DNA of 64,000 nt from a virus: positions 32,001 through 96,000 of the IMG/VR virus record IMGVR_UViG_3300021197_001635. One strand, given 5' to 3'. Shown piece after piece: positions 9,768-19,946 of the stretch. A program made the position numbers and the translations under genes. Below the pieces are notes generated by a model. It did no database searches. It saw only the letters and a list, made by a program, of their open reading frames with translations, and was not told where the DNA came from. Numbering within the stretch: the stretch's first letter is position 1; every line of letters starts with the position of its first letter.

Positions 9768-10649
9768 ATGATCTTGCTAGACGCTAATCAGACAATGATT
9801 TCTAATGTATTTGCCATCTATGGCAAGAAGACTGACAGTCTAACAGTGAATGATGTTAGACACTCCCTTCTCAAGGGAATCATGTATTTCAACAATAGAT
9901 TTAAAGATTATGGAGACATGGTTTTGTGCTATGACTCCCATAATTATTGGAGAACTTCTTATTTTCCTCATTACAAGGCCGCTAGGAAGACTAAGCAAGG
10001 TTCCAGCAATATTCAGTGGGGAAAAATCTATAAATTCTTTGATATTGTCAAGAAGGAAGTAGATGAGAACTTTCCGTATGTGTCTATGGAAGTCCCCTCC
10101 ATGGAGGCAGATGATTTGATCCATGCTATTGTATCAGAGCATCATGATCATGAGGAGATTATGATCGTATCCTCAGACAAGGACTTTCAACAACTACAAT
10201 CTTATGAGGGTGTTCACCAATATAGTCCAGCACATAAAGATATGCTAGTTTGTGAAAATCCCGCTTCACACCTGATGGAGCATATTATCAAGGGGGATTC
10301 ATCCGACGGCGTTCCAAATGTGCTGTCAGATTCCGATACTTTTGTAGTCGAGGGTAAGAAGCAGAAGATTATGAATTCTAAGAGATTTAATGCTATCTTG
10401 TCTAAAGTAGAAGACGGGTCCATCCTTGATAGTGAGTATGGGGTTAACTTCCAGAGGAATAAGAATCTAATTGATTTGTCCTCCATAGATAGCGAACACA
10501 AAGAACTGATTATAAATAAATTCAGGGAAGAAATGTCTGCTCTGGCAGACTGGAAAGACGATGGCAAAATGATGAATTATCTCACTAGCAACAGACTAAT
10601 GAGCATTTTGAAGGAGATGGATCAATTCCAGAATAAGATCGATGCCTAG
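9768..10649 (+). CDS. rnh: T4 RNase H / 5'-3' flap exonuclease
   Basis: ILLDAN, YWR..FPHYKAAR, EADDLI, SSDKDFQQL, GDSSDGVPN. Confidence 0.94.
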   Translation: MILLDANQTMISNVFAIYGKKTDSLTVNDVRHSLLKGIMYFNNRFKDYGDMVLCYDSHNYWRTSYFPHYKAARKTKQGSSNIQWGKIYKFFDIVKKEVDENFPYVSMEVPSMEADDLIHAIVSEHHDHEEIMIVSSDKDFQQLQSYEGVHQYSPAHKDMLVCENPASHLMEHIIKGDSSDGVPNVLSDSDTFVVEGKKQKIMNSKRFNAILSKVEDGSILDSEYGVNFQRNKNLIDLSSIDSEHKELIINKFREEMSALADWKDDGKMMNYLTSNRLMSILKEMDQFQNKIDA

Positions 10650-10821
10650 TAATAATAGCAAAGACAACAAGATCAAGCAGTGCACCAACAAGATTCATGA
10701 AGATGATATGTATCAAGAAGATAGGGGTACTAAAAAGCATGATCGAAGGAAGAGAAGACATAACGACAAACAGTTCTTTAAAGAACATGGACAATATTTA
10801 GAACACTATGACACTGAATAG
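10642..10821 (+). CDS. Small charged hypothetical protein (59 aa, not in ORF track)
   Basis: ATG 10642 to TAG 10821 (MPSNNSKDNK...HYDTE) fills the rnh-45 gap. Confidence 0.5.
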   Translation: MPSNNSKDNKIKQCTNKIHEDDMYQEDRGTKKHDRRKRRHNDKQFFKEHGQYLEHYDTE

Positions 10822-10847
10822 CAGAACCTATATTATGGAGAAACGTG

Positions 10848-11543
10848 ATGACAACTGCTACCAAAATGCAAATCTCTAGAAATACTCTAGAGATCCTAAA
10901 GAATTTTGCTTCAATCAATTCTAATATTTTAGTGAAGCCTGGTAATAAAATCAGGACCATCTCTAATTATAAGAATGTATTGGCAGAAGCAGATCTAGGA
11001 GAAGATTTCGACACAGAATTCGGAATCTGGGACCTGAACAAATTACTGGGTACTATCTCTCTATTTGACTCGCCTAAATTCGAGTTCGATGAGAAGTATA
11101 TGACCATCGAAGGTGACAACGGTGCTACGGTTCGATACTATTATTCTGAACCGAAGCTGCTCACAACCGTCACCAAGGAAATCAATATGCCGAATGTGGC
11201 AGTGAGTTGCACCATCAATGAAGATGATTTTAAGGAAATCCATAGGGCATCGTCTGTCTTGCAATTGCCAGATCTGAAGATTTCTTCTATGGGGGACTCC
11301 TCCATTCTTACTATCCATGACCGCAAGGATTCATCTTCCAATAGTTACACCTTCGAGGTTGGTAACAACCCAGATGGTGCTGAATTCAATTTCTACTTCA
11401 AGGTAGAAAATATGAAGATGCTCCCAGGCGAATATGATGTCGACATTTGTGAGACTGCCGTTGCCAGATTCAGCAACAAGAATGTGGGTCTCAGATACTG
11501 GGTCGCCATGGAACCAGATTCTTCCTACTCTGGTGCAGAATAA
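10848..11543 (+). CDS. 45: gp45 sliding clamp
   Basis: TLEILKNFASINSNI, FGIWDLNKLLG, FKVENMKMLPGEYDV, YWVAMEPDS. Confidence 0.95.
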   Translation: MTTATKMQISRNTLEILKNFASINSNILVKPGNKIRTISNYKNVLAEADLGEDFDTEFGIWDLNKLLGTISLFDSPKFEFDEKYMTIEGDNGATVRYYYSEPKLLTTVTKEINMPNVAVSCTINEDDFKEIHRASSVLQLPDLKISSMGDSSILTIHDRKDSSSNSYTFEVGNNPDGAEFNFYFKVENMKMLPGEYDVDICETAVARFSNKNVGLRYWVAMEPDSSYSGAE

Positions 11544-11944
11544 TGGATCCCCATAGCAAGATATATATTGCTGGTCCCATGAGAGGGAAACCCAACTGGA
11601 ATTATGATGAGTTCAACAGGACTGAGAAGATTCTTATTGGCAATGGATGGGAAGTAGTTAACCCAGCTACGTTGGATACCAACTACGAGGACACAGCAGA
11701 TCTGGGATGTGAAGCAGAAGATTTCGACCCAGATGGCAATAAAAAGCACAAAAGTGTGAATAGAAGGATCATGAAAAGAGATCTGGATATTATATGTGAT
11801 GAATGCTGTGCAATCTATATGTTGAAGGGATGGCAGGTATCTCAGGGAGCATGTGCTGAGTTTTATCTGGCATGTTCATTGGGTCTTGATATCTATTATG
11901 AAGGATGTAAGCACGACATAGGTTCAGATAGACTGTGCTTCTAA
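11543..11944 (+). CDS. DUF4406 / nucleoside 2-deoxyribosyltransferase-like protein
   Basis: KIYIAGPM, VVNPA, CCAIYMLKGW..SQGACAE motifs. Confidence 0.75.
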   Translation: MDPHSKIYIAGPMRGKPNWNYDEFNRTEKILIGNGWEVVNPATLDTNYEDTADLGCEAEDFDPDGNKKHKSVNRRIMKRDLDIICDECCAIYMLKGWQVSQGACAEFYLACSLGLDIYYEGCKHDIGSDRLCF

Positions 11945-11963
11945 TAAGTCGGGAGATGTTGAT

Positions 11964-12863
11964 ATGCGTACTATGGTGACAGGTGGTGGAGGTCTAGTAG
12001 GATCCGCTATTGAATCGGATTTTAAGCCCTCTAGCAAAGAGCTTAATCTTTTCAATCTAGGTGATATTGTTGATTACCTCCAAGAGAACAGGATCGATAA
12101 TGTTATTCATTGTGCTGCTAAGGTGGGTGGAATCAAAGCGAACTCTGAGAAGTTGGCAGATTTCTTCTATGATAACACTTTGATGAATACTAATCTATTA
12201 GAGGCTGCTAGACTATGCAGACTCGAAAAGGTGGTATCCTTCATGTCAACATGTGTGTTTCCCGCTGATGCTGAATATCCACTTCAATCGGATAGGATCC
12301 ACGACGGGGAACCACACCAATCCAATTATGCTTATGCCTATGCAAAGAGAATGTTGGAAGTACAGAGCAGAGCATATAGAGACCAATACGACTGCAATTT
12401 TGTTACGGTTATTCCATGTAATATCTATGGACCTAACGACAATTTTAGTATGGACTCTGGGCATGTTATCCCATCTCTCATCCACAAATGCTATCTTGCC
12501 AGAGAGAATGGCACTGATTTAGAGGTCTGGGGTACTGGCAGGCCTTATAGGGAATTCATTTATTCAAAGGATGTTGCAGAGGCGGCAGTATGGGCACTAG
12601 ATAATTATGACGATCCAGAACCCCTGATCATTTCTCCTAATGAAGAAATATCAATAGCAACCTTGGCATCGGCAATCTGCTATAGAATGGGTTTCAAAGG
12701 GAGAATAGTGTTCAATCAGAAGATGGATGGTCAGATGCGTAAACCATCGGATAATAGCAAATTGCTGTCATTGATGGGTGATTATAAGTTCGTGCCGATT
12801 GAGATCGGTCTCACTAAGACTATAGAATGGTTCGAAGAGAACTATCGGGAGGCTAGAAAATGA
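11964..12863 (+). CDS. fcl: GDP-L-fucose synthase
   Basis: GGGGLVG, HCAAKVGGI.AN, YAYAKR, NIYGPNDNF, HVIPSLI, WGTGRPYREF. Confidence 0.93.
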   Translation: MRTMVTGGGGLVGSAIESDFKPSSKELNLFNLGDIVDYLQENRIDNVIHCAAKVGGIKANSEKLADFFYDNTLMNTNLLEAARLCRLEKVVSFMSTCVFPADAEYPLQSDRIHDGEPHQSNYAYAYAKRMLEVQSRAYRDQYDCNFVTVIPCNIYGPNDNFSMDSGHVIPSLIHKCYLARENGTDLEVWGTGRPYREFIYSKDVAEAAVWALDNYDDPEPLIISPNEEISIATLASAICYRMGFKGRIVFNQKMDGQMRKPSDNSKLLSLMGDYKFVPIEIGLTKTIEWFEENYREARK

Positions 12864-13903
12864 CGAATATCTCCGATGCAAAATACGGTGGAGAGTTATG
12901 GAAGAAGGAGAGGGGACTGAAGAAGACCGCTCTGATTACGGGCATTAATGGTCAAGACGGTTCTTATCTTGCTGAACTTCTTCTTAGCAAGGGGTACGAG
13001 GTTCATGGGGTATTGAAAAGGAACTCTGTTGCTGAGAACCAGACAGCTAGACTGGACAGTATTTTCGACAAGTTGACCCTGCACTATGGTGACCTCAATG
13101 ATTTATCTTCCTTGATCTCCATCTTGCAGAAATCTAAACCAGACGAGGTGTATAGTCTGGCAGCACAATCTCATGTCAGAATAAGTTTTGACATGCCCAT
13201 CTACACTGCTGCAACTACGGGCATGGGGATCCTCAACTTGCTAGAAGCATGCAGACTGACATGTCCTGAGGCTAAAATCTACCAAGCATCATCCTCTGAG
13301 ATGTTTGGGAATATGATTGATGTGGATGGTTTCCAGAGAGAGACCACCCCCATGAATCCAGTTAGTCCTTATGGTTGTGCCAAGGTGTTTGCATATAACA
13401 TTAGCAGAAACTATCGCAATTCTTATAATATGTTTATCTCTAATGGGATACTTTTCAATCATGAGTCTCCTAGAAGAGGATCCAATTTTGTAACCAGCAA
13501 GATAGTAAAGGGTGCGGTGGCAATAAAGAACGGTCTAACAGATGAGCTTAGATTGGGTAACCTTGATGCGACTAGAGACTGGGGACATGCTAAGGACTAT
13601 GTTAAAGCAATGTGGTTGATGTTACAGCATGACCAACCAGATGATTTTGTATGTTCGACTGGTATATCTAACAGTGTCAGAGATTGTTGTGAGTGTGTAT
13701 TTGATAGACTGGGTATGGATTATAGGGATTATGTTAAGATAGACCCAAAATACTTCAGACCAGAAGAATTAGAGCATTTAAAAGGAGACGCAACCAAGAT
13801 AAAAGATGTTCTAGGTTGGAAGCCTGAATATGACTTCAGGTCTATGATGAATGAAATGGTAGAGATGGAAGTGGGATCTAATACCCACGTTTTGAATCAG
13901 TGA
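12860..13903 (+). CDS. gmd: GDP-mannose 4,6-dehydratase
   Basis: ALITGINGQDGSYLAE, AAQSHV, YQASSSE, SPYGCAK, GILFNHESPRRG, RDWGHAKDYV. Confidence 0.96.
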   Translation: MTNISDAKYGGELWKKERGLKKTALITGINGQDGSYLAELLLSKGYEVHGVLKRNSVAENQTARLDSIFDKLTLHYGDLNDLSSLISILQKSKPDEVYSLAAQSHVRISFDMPIYTAATTGMGILNLLEACRLTCPEAKIYQASSSEMFGNMIDVDGFQRETTPMNPVSPYGCAKVFAYNISRNYRNSYNMFISNGILFNHESPRRGSNFVTSKIVKGAVAIKNGLTDELRLGNLDATRDWGHAKDYVKAMWLMLQHDQPDDFVCSTGISNSVRDCCECVFDRLGMDYRDYVKIDPKYFRPEELEHLKGDATKIKDVLGWKPEYDFRSMMNEMVEMEVGSNTHVLNQ

Positions 13904-13910
13904 GAACTTT

Positions 13911-14879
13911 ATGACTATGATTATTGATAATGATACCCACCAGAAGCAGTATCTCTGGGTGGAGAAATATAGACCGAACTGTATCGAGGATTGTATCCTT
14001 CCCGATAAGATCAAGAAAACATTCATGGATATGGTGGAATCTGGGGAGTCCCAGAATCTGTTGTTATCTGGGTCTGCTGGTTGTGGCAAGACCACGGTGG
14101 CAAAAGCATTGTGTATGGAATTGGATACCGATTGGTTGATGATCAACTGCTCAGAAGACGGAAATATCGATACCCTTAGGACCACCATCAGGAATTTTGC
14201 CAGCACAGTGTCTTTGAGCGGTGGCAAGAAGGTGGTGATCCTAGACGAATTCGATTATGCAAATGCTCAGAGTATGCAACCAGCATTAAGGGGTTTCATT
14301 GAAGAATTCGCTAACAATTGCAGATTTATTCTGACATGCAATTTTAAGAACAGGATCATTGAGCCTATTCACTCCAGATGCACCTGCATCAACTTCCAGT
14401 TCACTAAAAAAGACAACTCCCAGATGTGTGCTAAGTTCATGAAGCGAGTTGGAAGCATCCTAGAATCTGAGGGTGTGCCAGTTGAAGATCCAGCAATTAT
14501 TGCTAAGTTGATATTCAGATACAGCCCAGATTTCAGAAGGGTCATTAACGAATTGCAGCGATACTCGGTGTCTGGTACGATTGATGTTGGAATCCTTACT
14601 GACATCGAGAACGTCAAGATAGAAGATCTCCTCAAAAGCATGAAGACCAAGAATTTCGGGGAGGTCCGAAAATGGGTGGTAGACAACCTAGACAATGATC
14701 AAAACCAGATCTTTAGAAAAATGTATAATTCTATGTCTGAATCCATGGAGGCCCAGAGTATTCCATCTGCAATTTTGATTCTAGCAGAATATCAATACAA
14801 ATCAGCCTTCGCTGCAGATCAAGAGATTAATATGACTGCCTGTCTAGTAGAAATGATGATGGAATGCAAATTCAAATAG
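13911..14879 (+). CDS. 44: gp44 clamp loader large subunit
   Basis: LWVEKYRP, GSAGCGKTT, ILDEFD, SRC motif. Confidence 0.96.
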   Translation: MTMIIDNDTHQKQYLWVEKYRPNCIEDCILPDKIKKTFMDMVESGESQNLLLSGSAGCGKTTVAKALCMELDTDWLMINCSEDGNIDTLRTTIRNFASTVSLSGGKKVVILDEFDYANAQSMQPALRGFIEEFANNCRFILTCNFKNRIIEPIHSRCTCINFQFTKKDNSQMCAKFMKRVGSILESEGVPVEDPAIIAKLIFRYSPDFRRVINELQRYSVSGTIDVGILTDIENVKIEDLLKSMKTKNFGEVRKWVVDNLDNDQNQIFRKMYNSMSESMEAQSIPSAILILAEYQYKSAFAADQEINMTACLVEMMMECKFK

Positions 14880-14891
14880 GGGAGACACTAA

Positions 14892-15233
14892 ATGTCAAAT
14901 GAAGAAAAAGGCACAACAGAGTTGATCTCAAGATTCGACACCCCCGAGGAGGGTAAAGGGACTTTCTCTCCTGTGGGGAACAAGGTGTTGGTTCATTGCG
15001 TGATCAATAGGGAAAAGACCACCGATAGCGGAATCGTCTACACTGAAAACAACGGCCATGAGCCTATGAAGGTGCTGGTGGTTGCTGTCGGTGACGAGGT
15101 GAAAGAGGATATCAGGATAGGCGATATAGTTTTGTGGGAGAGGGTATCCCTTGGTGAATGGAACGGATACCAAGTTGTGGAGGAGAGTTCCATTCTAGCA
15201 ATATGGGCGAGGTTAGAAGATGAAGCTGGGTGA
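14892..15233 (+). CDS. groES: GroES-like co-chaperonin
   Basis: PVGNKVLV, mobile loop TTDSGIV, VVAVG, IGDIVL, ESSILA. Confidence 0.75.
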   Translation: MSNEEKGTTELISRFDTPEEGKGTFSPVGNKVLVHCVINREKTTDSGIVYTENNGHEPMKVLVVAVGDEVKEDIRIGDIVLWERVSLGEWNGYQVVEESSILAIWARLEDEAG

Positions 15234-15609
15234 TTATCTGAAAGCAATTAATTGGAAGAAGACTCCAATGAAGAAATTGGATGAAGACTTTCATACCACG
15301 AAGAAGAAGTATGTTCCTTTCATAGTGAACAAATGTATGTCTTACTTTTCAGACACTATCATTCAGTCTAATAATATGAACTTGAATTCTCACATAGACA
15401 AAGAGATGCATTATGACTATCTGATGTATTCTACCAGAAGCAGAAACAGATTCAGCAAGTGGCATAGAAAGAGTGTACCAGATGATTTGGATCTGATAAA
15501 GGAATACTTTGGATACTCTAATGAGAAGGCCTGTGAAGCCTTAAAGATATTGAGTAAGGACGACATCGAAGGAATCAGATCCGATATGGATACTGGAGGG
15601 CAATCTTAG
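15220..15609 (+). CDS. 62: gp62 clamp loader small subunit
   Basis: YLKAIN, YVPFIVNKCMS, RFSKW, IKEYFGYSNEKA. Confidence 0.92.
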   Translation: MKLGDYLKAINWKKTPMKKLDEDFHTTKKKYVPFIVNKCMSYFSDTIIQSNNMNLNSHIDKEMHYDYLMYSTRSRNRFSKWHRKSVPDDLDLIKEYFGYSNEKACEALKILSKDDIEGIRSDMDTGGQS

Positions 15610-15621
15610 AGGCTGTTCTAT

Positions 15622-15629
15622 TATAAATA
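15622..15629 (+). promoter_or_regulatory. T4-type late promoter TATAAATA
   Basis: Exact motif in the intergenic gap before regA and the glycosylation island. Confidence 0.65.
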
Positions 15630-15648
15630 TCCACAGAAGCCTTTCAGT

Positions 15649-16080
15649 ATGGGTGAAAGATTTAAGGATATTAATATGAGTAATAGATTAACGGCAGAAG
15701 ACCTAGTTGAAGTCAGTCTAGGACATGAAGAAGACTTCCTTAAGGTCAAAGAGACTCTAACCAGAATGGGTGTTTCCTCTCGAAAAGAGAAGAAATTGTA
15801 CCAATCTTGTCATATTCTCCACAAAAAAGGCAAATACTATATAGTTCATTTTAAAGAACTGTTCGGTCTGGATGGACTTCCCAATAATATATCTGAGGGT
15901 GATATTGCAAGAAGGAATATGATCATCAGCCTGTTGGAAGAGTGGGAACTAATTGGTGTTGTGGATATAGATAAATGTGAAGAACCCATGGCATCTTTGG
16001 GTCAGATCAAGATAATACCCCACAGGGACAAAGAAGAATGGGAGCTGATACCCAAGTATCATATCGGCAACAAGAGATAG
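15649..16080 (+). CDS. regA: RegA translational repressor (alternative start 15676)
   Basis: DFLKVKETLTRMGV, LYQSCHILHKKGKYYIVHFKELF, WELIPKYHIG. Confidence 0.96.
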   Translation: MGERFKDINMSNRLTAEDLVEVSLGHEEDFLKVKETLTRMGVSSRKEKKLYQSCHILHKKGKYYIVHFKELFGLDGLPNNISEGDIARRNMIISLLEEWELIGVVDIDKCEEPMASLGQIKIIPHRDKEEWELIPKYHIGNKR

Positions 16081-16101
16081 TTTGATTAAGGATTTTTTAT
16101 C

Positions 16102-16809
16102 ATGAGAAATAGCATTGACCTTAGAGACACAAAATGTGTCTATATCAACCTCGACACCGCAGAGAGAAATAAAGAAGAGATGGATGCCCAGTTGGGGTCT
16201 CTGGAGTTTAAGGACTTCGAGAGACTCTCAGCCAGGGTTGTTGCACCTCCCACACCAGAACCTCCACCAGAATACGGTTCGAACGCCGATACTTGGTGGA
16301 ATATCTTTAGGGGTGTGGCACAATCCCATATTGATATCCTAGAAACTAATGACGCACCCGTCCTTATCTTAGAAGACGATTCAGTGGTGACTGAGGATTT
16401 CCGTCCGATTCTAGAAAATATCCCAGAAGATACTGACGGGATATATCTAGGCATATCTCAGAGCGATGGTAAATATAATGCATATGATATAGGGTCGGGT
16501 TATGCATGGATAAGGGGTATTTTCTCTACACATGCTATCCTGTATCTCAGCGAACGGTATAAAAATGCGGTCCTAGCGATGGCAAAGGATTGGGCATACA
16601 ATAAAAATTTTGCGACTGATATTGGTTGGTGCAGACTCCAAAACGATTTCAATATCATAACCCCCCACAAGCCCTTCTTTTATCAGGCAGATGATAGAGA
16701 GAGCCTAAACAAATGGGGTAACCTTACCAAGACTCCTCTAAGGCTTAAAGAACTACCAGTATCAAAACCCAGTAGTCCAGCACCCATAGGTCCAATCGGA
16801 GCCCCCTAA
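16102..16809 (+). CDS. Glycosyltransferase, GT25-like
   Basis: VYINLD...ER, SH, LILEDD, YLG, THAILY motifs. Confidence 0.7.
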   Translation: MRNSIDLRDTKCVYINLDTAERNKEEMDAQLGSLEFKDFERLSARVVAPPTPEPPPEYGSNADTWWNIFRGVAQSHIDILETNDAPVLILEDDSVVTEDFRPILENIPEDTDGIYLGISQSDGKYNAYDIGSGYAWIRGIFSTHAILYLSERYKNAVLAMAKDWAYNKNFATDIGWCRLQNDFNIITPHKPFFYQADDRESLNKWGNLTKTPLRLKELPVSKPSSPAPIGPIGAP

Positions 16810-16811
16810 TC

Positions 16812-17783
16812 ATGATCCTGTATCGGTGTCCTGTGAGGGTGGGAATAGCTGGTGGTTCCACTGATTTGGAATCATTCATACAGCAGAATGGTAGAGGGTC
16901 AGTAATTAACTTCCCTATTGATCTGTATACTTATATACTGGTGCATAGAGATAAGATGGGTCTCAACTCTTCATCTGGCAGGTACGTAGTCAACTACTCT
17001 TTGAGAGAAGAGTGTGAAAGCATAGATGATATCAAAAACGACGTGATAAGAGAATCCGTTAGAGAATGCTATGACTCTCCTTGCTTCATCACCATGACTA
17101 GTGATATAAGTTCCTCTGGGTCTGGACTAGCATCCTCTTCAAGCTACATGGTGTCGGCGGTTAAGGCTCTTACCGAGATGTCTGGAGATGATATATCTCA
17201 GTATGATTGCTGCAAGAAGTCTATGGATTTAGAGAGAAGATTCAACCCTTTATTGGGTTATCAAGACTCATATGGGTGTGGGATAGGGGGTCTGAAACGA
17301 CTAGACTTTATGCCCAATAAAGACCCTAAGATCAACTACCTCCCCTCTGGCATTCTGGGGGGAATAAATATGCACCTTGTGAATACCTGCATAAATAGAT
17401 CGTCCACCAAGATTCTTGGATCTATAGAGACCAAGAATAATGACAGGCTCCATAAAATATTAGGTATTGTCGACGAAATGGAAGATGCTATTGTGAGGCA
17501 AGACATCGATTCATTCGTGAACCTGATCAATAACGGTTGGGAGGAGAAGAAAAGGTCTTCTAGCATGATATCCAATGAAGAGATCGCTGTTATGGACGAG
17601 ATGATTCTTGGTACGCCTGGTGTCCTAGCTAGGAGAGTGTGTGGTGCTGGAGGTGGGGGTTATTTTCTGGTATTCTCCGATAAAGGGTATAAGGTGGGCA
17701 ATTCACTCATTGATACTTTCGGAGAGAATAGGGTGCTGCCAGTCAGTATAGACAATGAAGGTGTTAAGAGGATGGGATTATGA
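16812..17783 (+). CDS. GHMP sugar kinase, HddA-like heptose-7-phosphate kinase
   Basis: PVRVGIAGGSTD, GSGLASSSS, GYQD, GAGGGGY. Confidence 0.85.
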   Translation: MILYRCPVRVGIAGGSTDLESFIQQNGRGSVINFPIDLYTYILVHRDKMGLNSSSGRYVVNYSLREECESIDDIKNDVIRESVRECYDSPCFITMTSDISSSGSGLASSSSYMVSAVKALTEMSGDDISQYDCCKKSMDLERRFNPLLGYQDSYGCGIGGLKRLDFMPNKDPKINYLPSGILGGINMHLVNTCINRSSTKILGSIETKNNDRLHKILGIVDEMEDAIVRQDIDSFVNLINNGWEEKKRSSSMISNEEIAVMDEMILGTPGVLARRVCGAGGGGYFLVFSDKGYKVGNSLIDTFGENRVLPVSIDNEGVKRMGL

Positions 17784-18313
17784 ACAACCACTATAATACA
17801 AGCAGAAATCTTGATTCGATATCTGACTCCATTTCTAAGATAGACAAGGCTGAAGTGGGTAAATTATCGGATCAGGTGAAGGATCATAAGGATATCATAA
17901 TAATAGGCAATGGGGGTAGCAATGCTATGGCATCTCATATGGCAATAGACTACACCAAGTTCTTGTGCAAGAGGTGTACCTCTTTCGATGAGGGTCCTAG
18001 ACTGACTTGTTATTTCAATGATTATGGGGTAGAGGAAGCCTATAGGAGATATCTGAACGAGTTCATATCAGATAATAATTATCTAGTTATATTAATATCC
18101 TCTTCAGGAGAGTCCAAGAATATAATAAATTGTGCCGAATACTGCTGTAGGAATGGAATCAACTTCGTGATTCTGACTGGCATGAGAGAAGACAATAAAC
18201 TGAGGATGCTATATGGTGGGCAAGCATCTGCAGATATTTGGGTTGATTCAGATAAATACTCGGTGATAGAGTGCACACATGAGGTATGCCTCCATTCTTT
18301 AGTAGGGAGTTGA
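17780..18313 (+). CDS. gmhA: SIS-domain phosphoheptose isomerase (GmhA-like)
   Basis: IGNGGS.A.ASH, NDYG, ISSSGESKN, E..H. Confidence 0.8.
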   Translation: MNNHYNTSRNLDSISDSISKIDKAEVGKLSDQVKDHKDIIIIGNGGSNAMASHMAIDYTKFLCKRCTSFDEGPRLTCYFNDYGVEEAYRRYLNEFISDNNYLVILISSSGESKNIINCAEYCCRNGINFVILTGMREDNKLRMLYGGQASADIWVDSDKYSVIECTHEVCLHSLVGS

Positions 18314-18315
18314 TA

Positions 18316-19047
18316 ATGATATACTGTTTTGATATTGATGGAACCATTTGCTCCCTTGAAGTGGACGGAATGGAGGAGGGCAGAGAGAAAGACTTCGCCC
18401 AGATAGAGAATACTAGACCTTTCACAGACGTTATTAATAAGATAAACAGACTTTATAGCGAGGGTAACACCATTAAGGTTTACACTGCTAGAGGTGATGT
18501 GTCTGGTATAGATTGGAAGGACAAAACCTTATCCCAACTAGAAGAGTGGGGTCTCAAGTTTCATAAGTTATATATGGGTGCTAAGCCTGCTGCTGATCTT
18601 TATGTCGACGACAAATGCATTAACATACAAGACTGGAGAGATCATTCAGCGACTGGGATTATTGCGGGATGTTTCGACATAATCCACCCTGGCTATATTA
18701 AGATGTTTAAGGATGCTAAGGATGTATGTGATAATTTGGTGGTCGCATTGCATGAAGATCCATCAGTTGAAAGGGAGCATAAACATTCCCCAATCCATAC
18801 GGTTCAAGAGAGAGAAGATATACTGAGATCGATTAGGTATGTAGATGATGTGATTAGATATAAGACCGAGAATGATTTACAATCTTTATTAATCAATACT
18901 AAACCAGAATTTAGAATCATGGGGAGTGATTATAAGGATACGAGATTTACTGGGGACGATTTGGGTATCCCCGTTCACTGGCATGACAGGGATCATGACT
19001 ACTCATATTCTTCACTTAGATCAAAATTAGAAGGGACTTTACAATGA
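18316..19047 (+). CDS. HAD phosphatase fused to cytidylyltransferase-family nucleotidyltransferase
   Basis: N-terminal FDIDGT/TARG/KP..D.YVDDK; C-terminal GCFDIIHPGY, GSDY, SYSSLR. Confidence 0.8.
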   Translation: MIYCFDIDGTICSLEVDGMEEGREKDFAQIENTRPFTDVINKINRLYSEGNTIKVYTARGDVSGIDWKDKTLSQLEEWGLKFHKLYMGAKPAADLYVDDKCINIQDWRDHSATGIIAGCFDIIHPGYIKMFKDAKDVCDNLVVALHEDPSVEREHKHSPIHTVQEREDILRSIRYVDDVIRYKTENDLQSLLINTKPEFRIMGSDYKDTRFTGDDLGIPVHWHDRDHDYSYSSLRSKLEGTLQ

Positions 19048-19946
19048 AAAAGGTGATGGTGACTGGGGGCGCTGGTTTCATAGGATCTAATTTGGTAGAT
19101 GCTTTGGTAAACAAAGGATATGAAGTTGTTGTTCTGGATGACGAAAGTGCTGAATGCAATGAGGAGTTCTTCTATAATGAAGAAGCAGAGAATCTGAAGA
19201 TAGACATATCTAAAGACAAAGAAGGAATTGATAAGGCTATGAAGGGCGTAAACGTGGTTTTCCACCTGGCGGCAGAGTCCAGATTGCAACCTGCGATTAT
19301 CAATCCAGATAGAGCATATAACGTTAACTTCATAGGAACAAATAACGTTTTGGCGGCTGCTCACAAGCATAGGATCAACAAGTTCGTGTATTCGTCCACC
19401 AGTTCTGCCTATGGACTAGAAAACGAACCCCCGTTGGTAGAGACGATGCACCGAGATTGTCTCAATCCTTATTCGGTTTCCAAGGTAGCAGCAGAAGATC
19501 TATGCAAGATGTATTATAAATTGCATGGTCTGGACACTGTGATACTGAGATATTTCAACGTCTATGGGGAAAGAATGCCATCAACTGGTCAGTATGCTCC
19601 AGTGATAGGTGTTTTTCAAAGACAAAAAAAGGAAGGCAAGCCTCTGACCGTAGTTGGTGACGGTAGTCAGATGAGAGACTTTGTTTATGTTGGGGACGTA
19701 GTAAATGCCAACATTTCTGCCTCAAACACTAACCACCATCATTGCCCAGGCGAGATTATTAATATTGGAAGTGGCAAGAATATTTCAATCCTTGAAGTGG
19801 CAAAGATGGTGGATAGAAGCAAGATAGAGTTCATACCCAGAAGAAGCGGGGAGGCAGATACCACAGTGGCAAATATCTTGAAGGCTCGTAGATTGCTGGA
19901 TTGGAAACCCAATCAAGATTTAGGAGGATGGATAGGTGGTCAATAG
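19044..19946 (+). CDS. NAD-dependent sugar epimerase/dehydratase
   Basis: VTGGAGFIGS, YSVSK, LRYFNVYG, GDGSQMRDF. Confidence 0.92.
   Translation: MKKVMVTGGAGFIGSNLVDALVNKGYEVVVLDDESAECNEEFFYNEEAENLKIDISKDKEGIDKAMKGVNVVFHLAAESRLQPAIINPDRAYNVNFIGTNNVLAAAHKHRINKFVYSSTSSAYGLENEPPLVETMHRDCLNPYSVSKVAAEDLCKMYYKLHGLDTVILRYFNVYGERMPSTGQYAPVIGVFQRQKKEGKPLTVVGDGSQMRDFVYVGDVVNANISASNTNHHHCPGEIINIGSGKNISILEVAKMVDRSKIEFIPRRSGEADTTVANILKARRLLDWKPNQDLGGWIGGQ

Noticed and set aside
10511-10518. TATAAATA inside rnh
   Set aside because: Within coding sequence, may be chance; could serve gene 45 but unsupported
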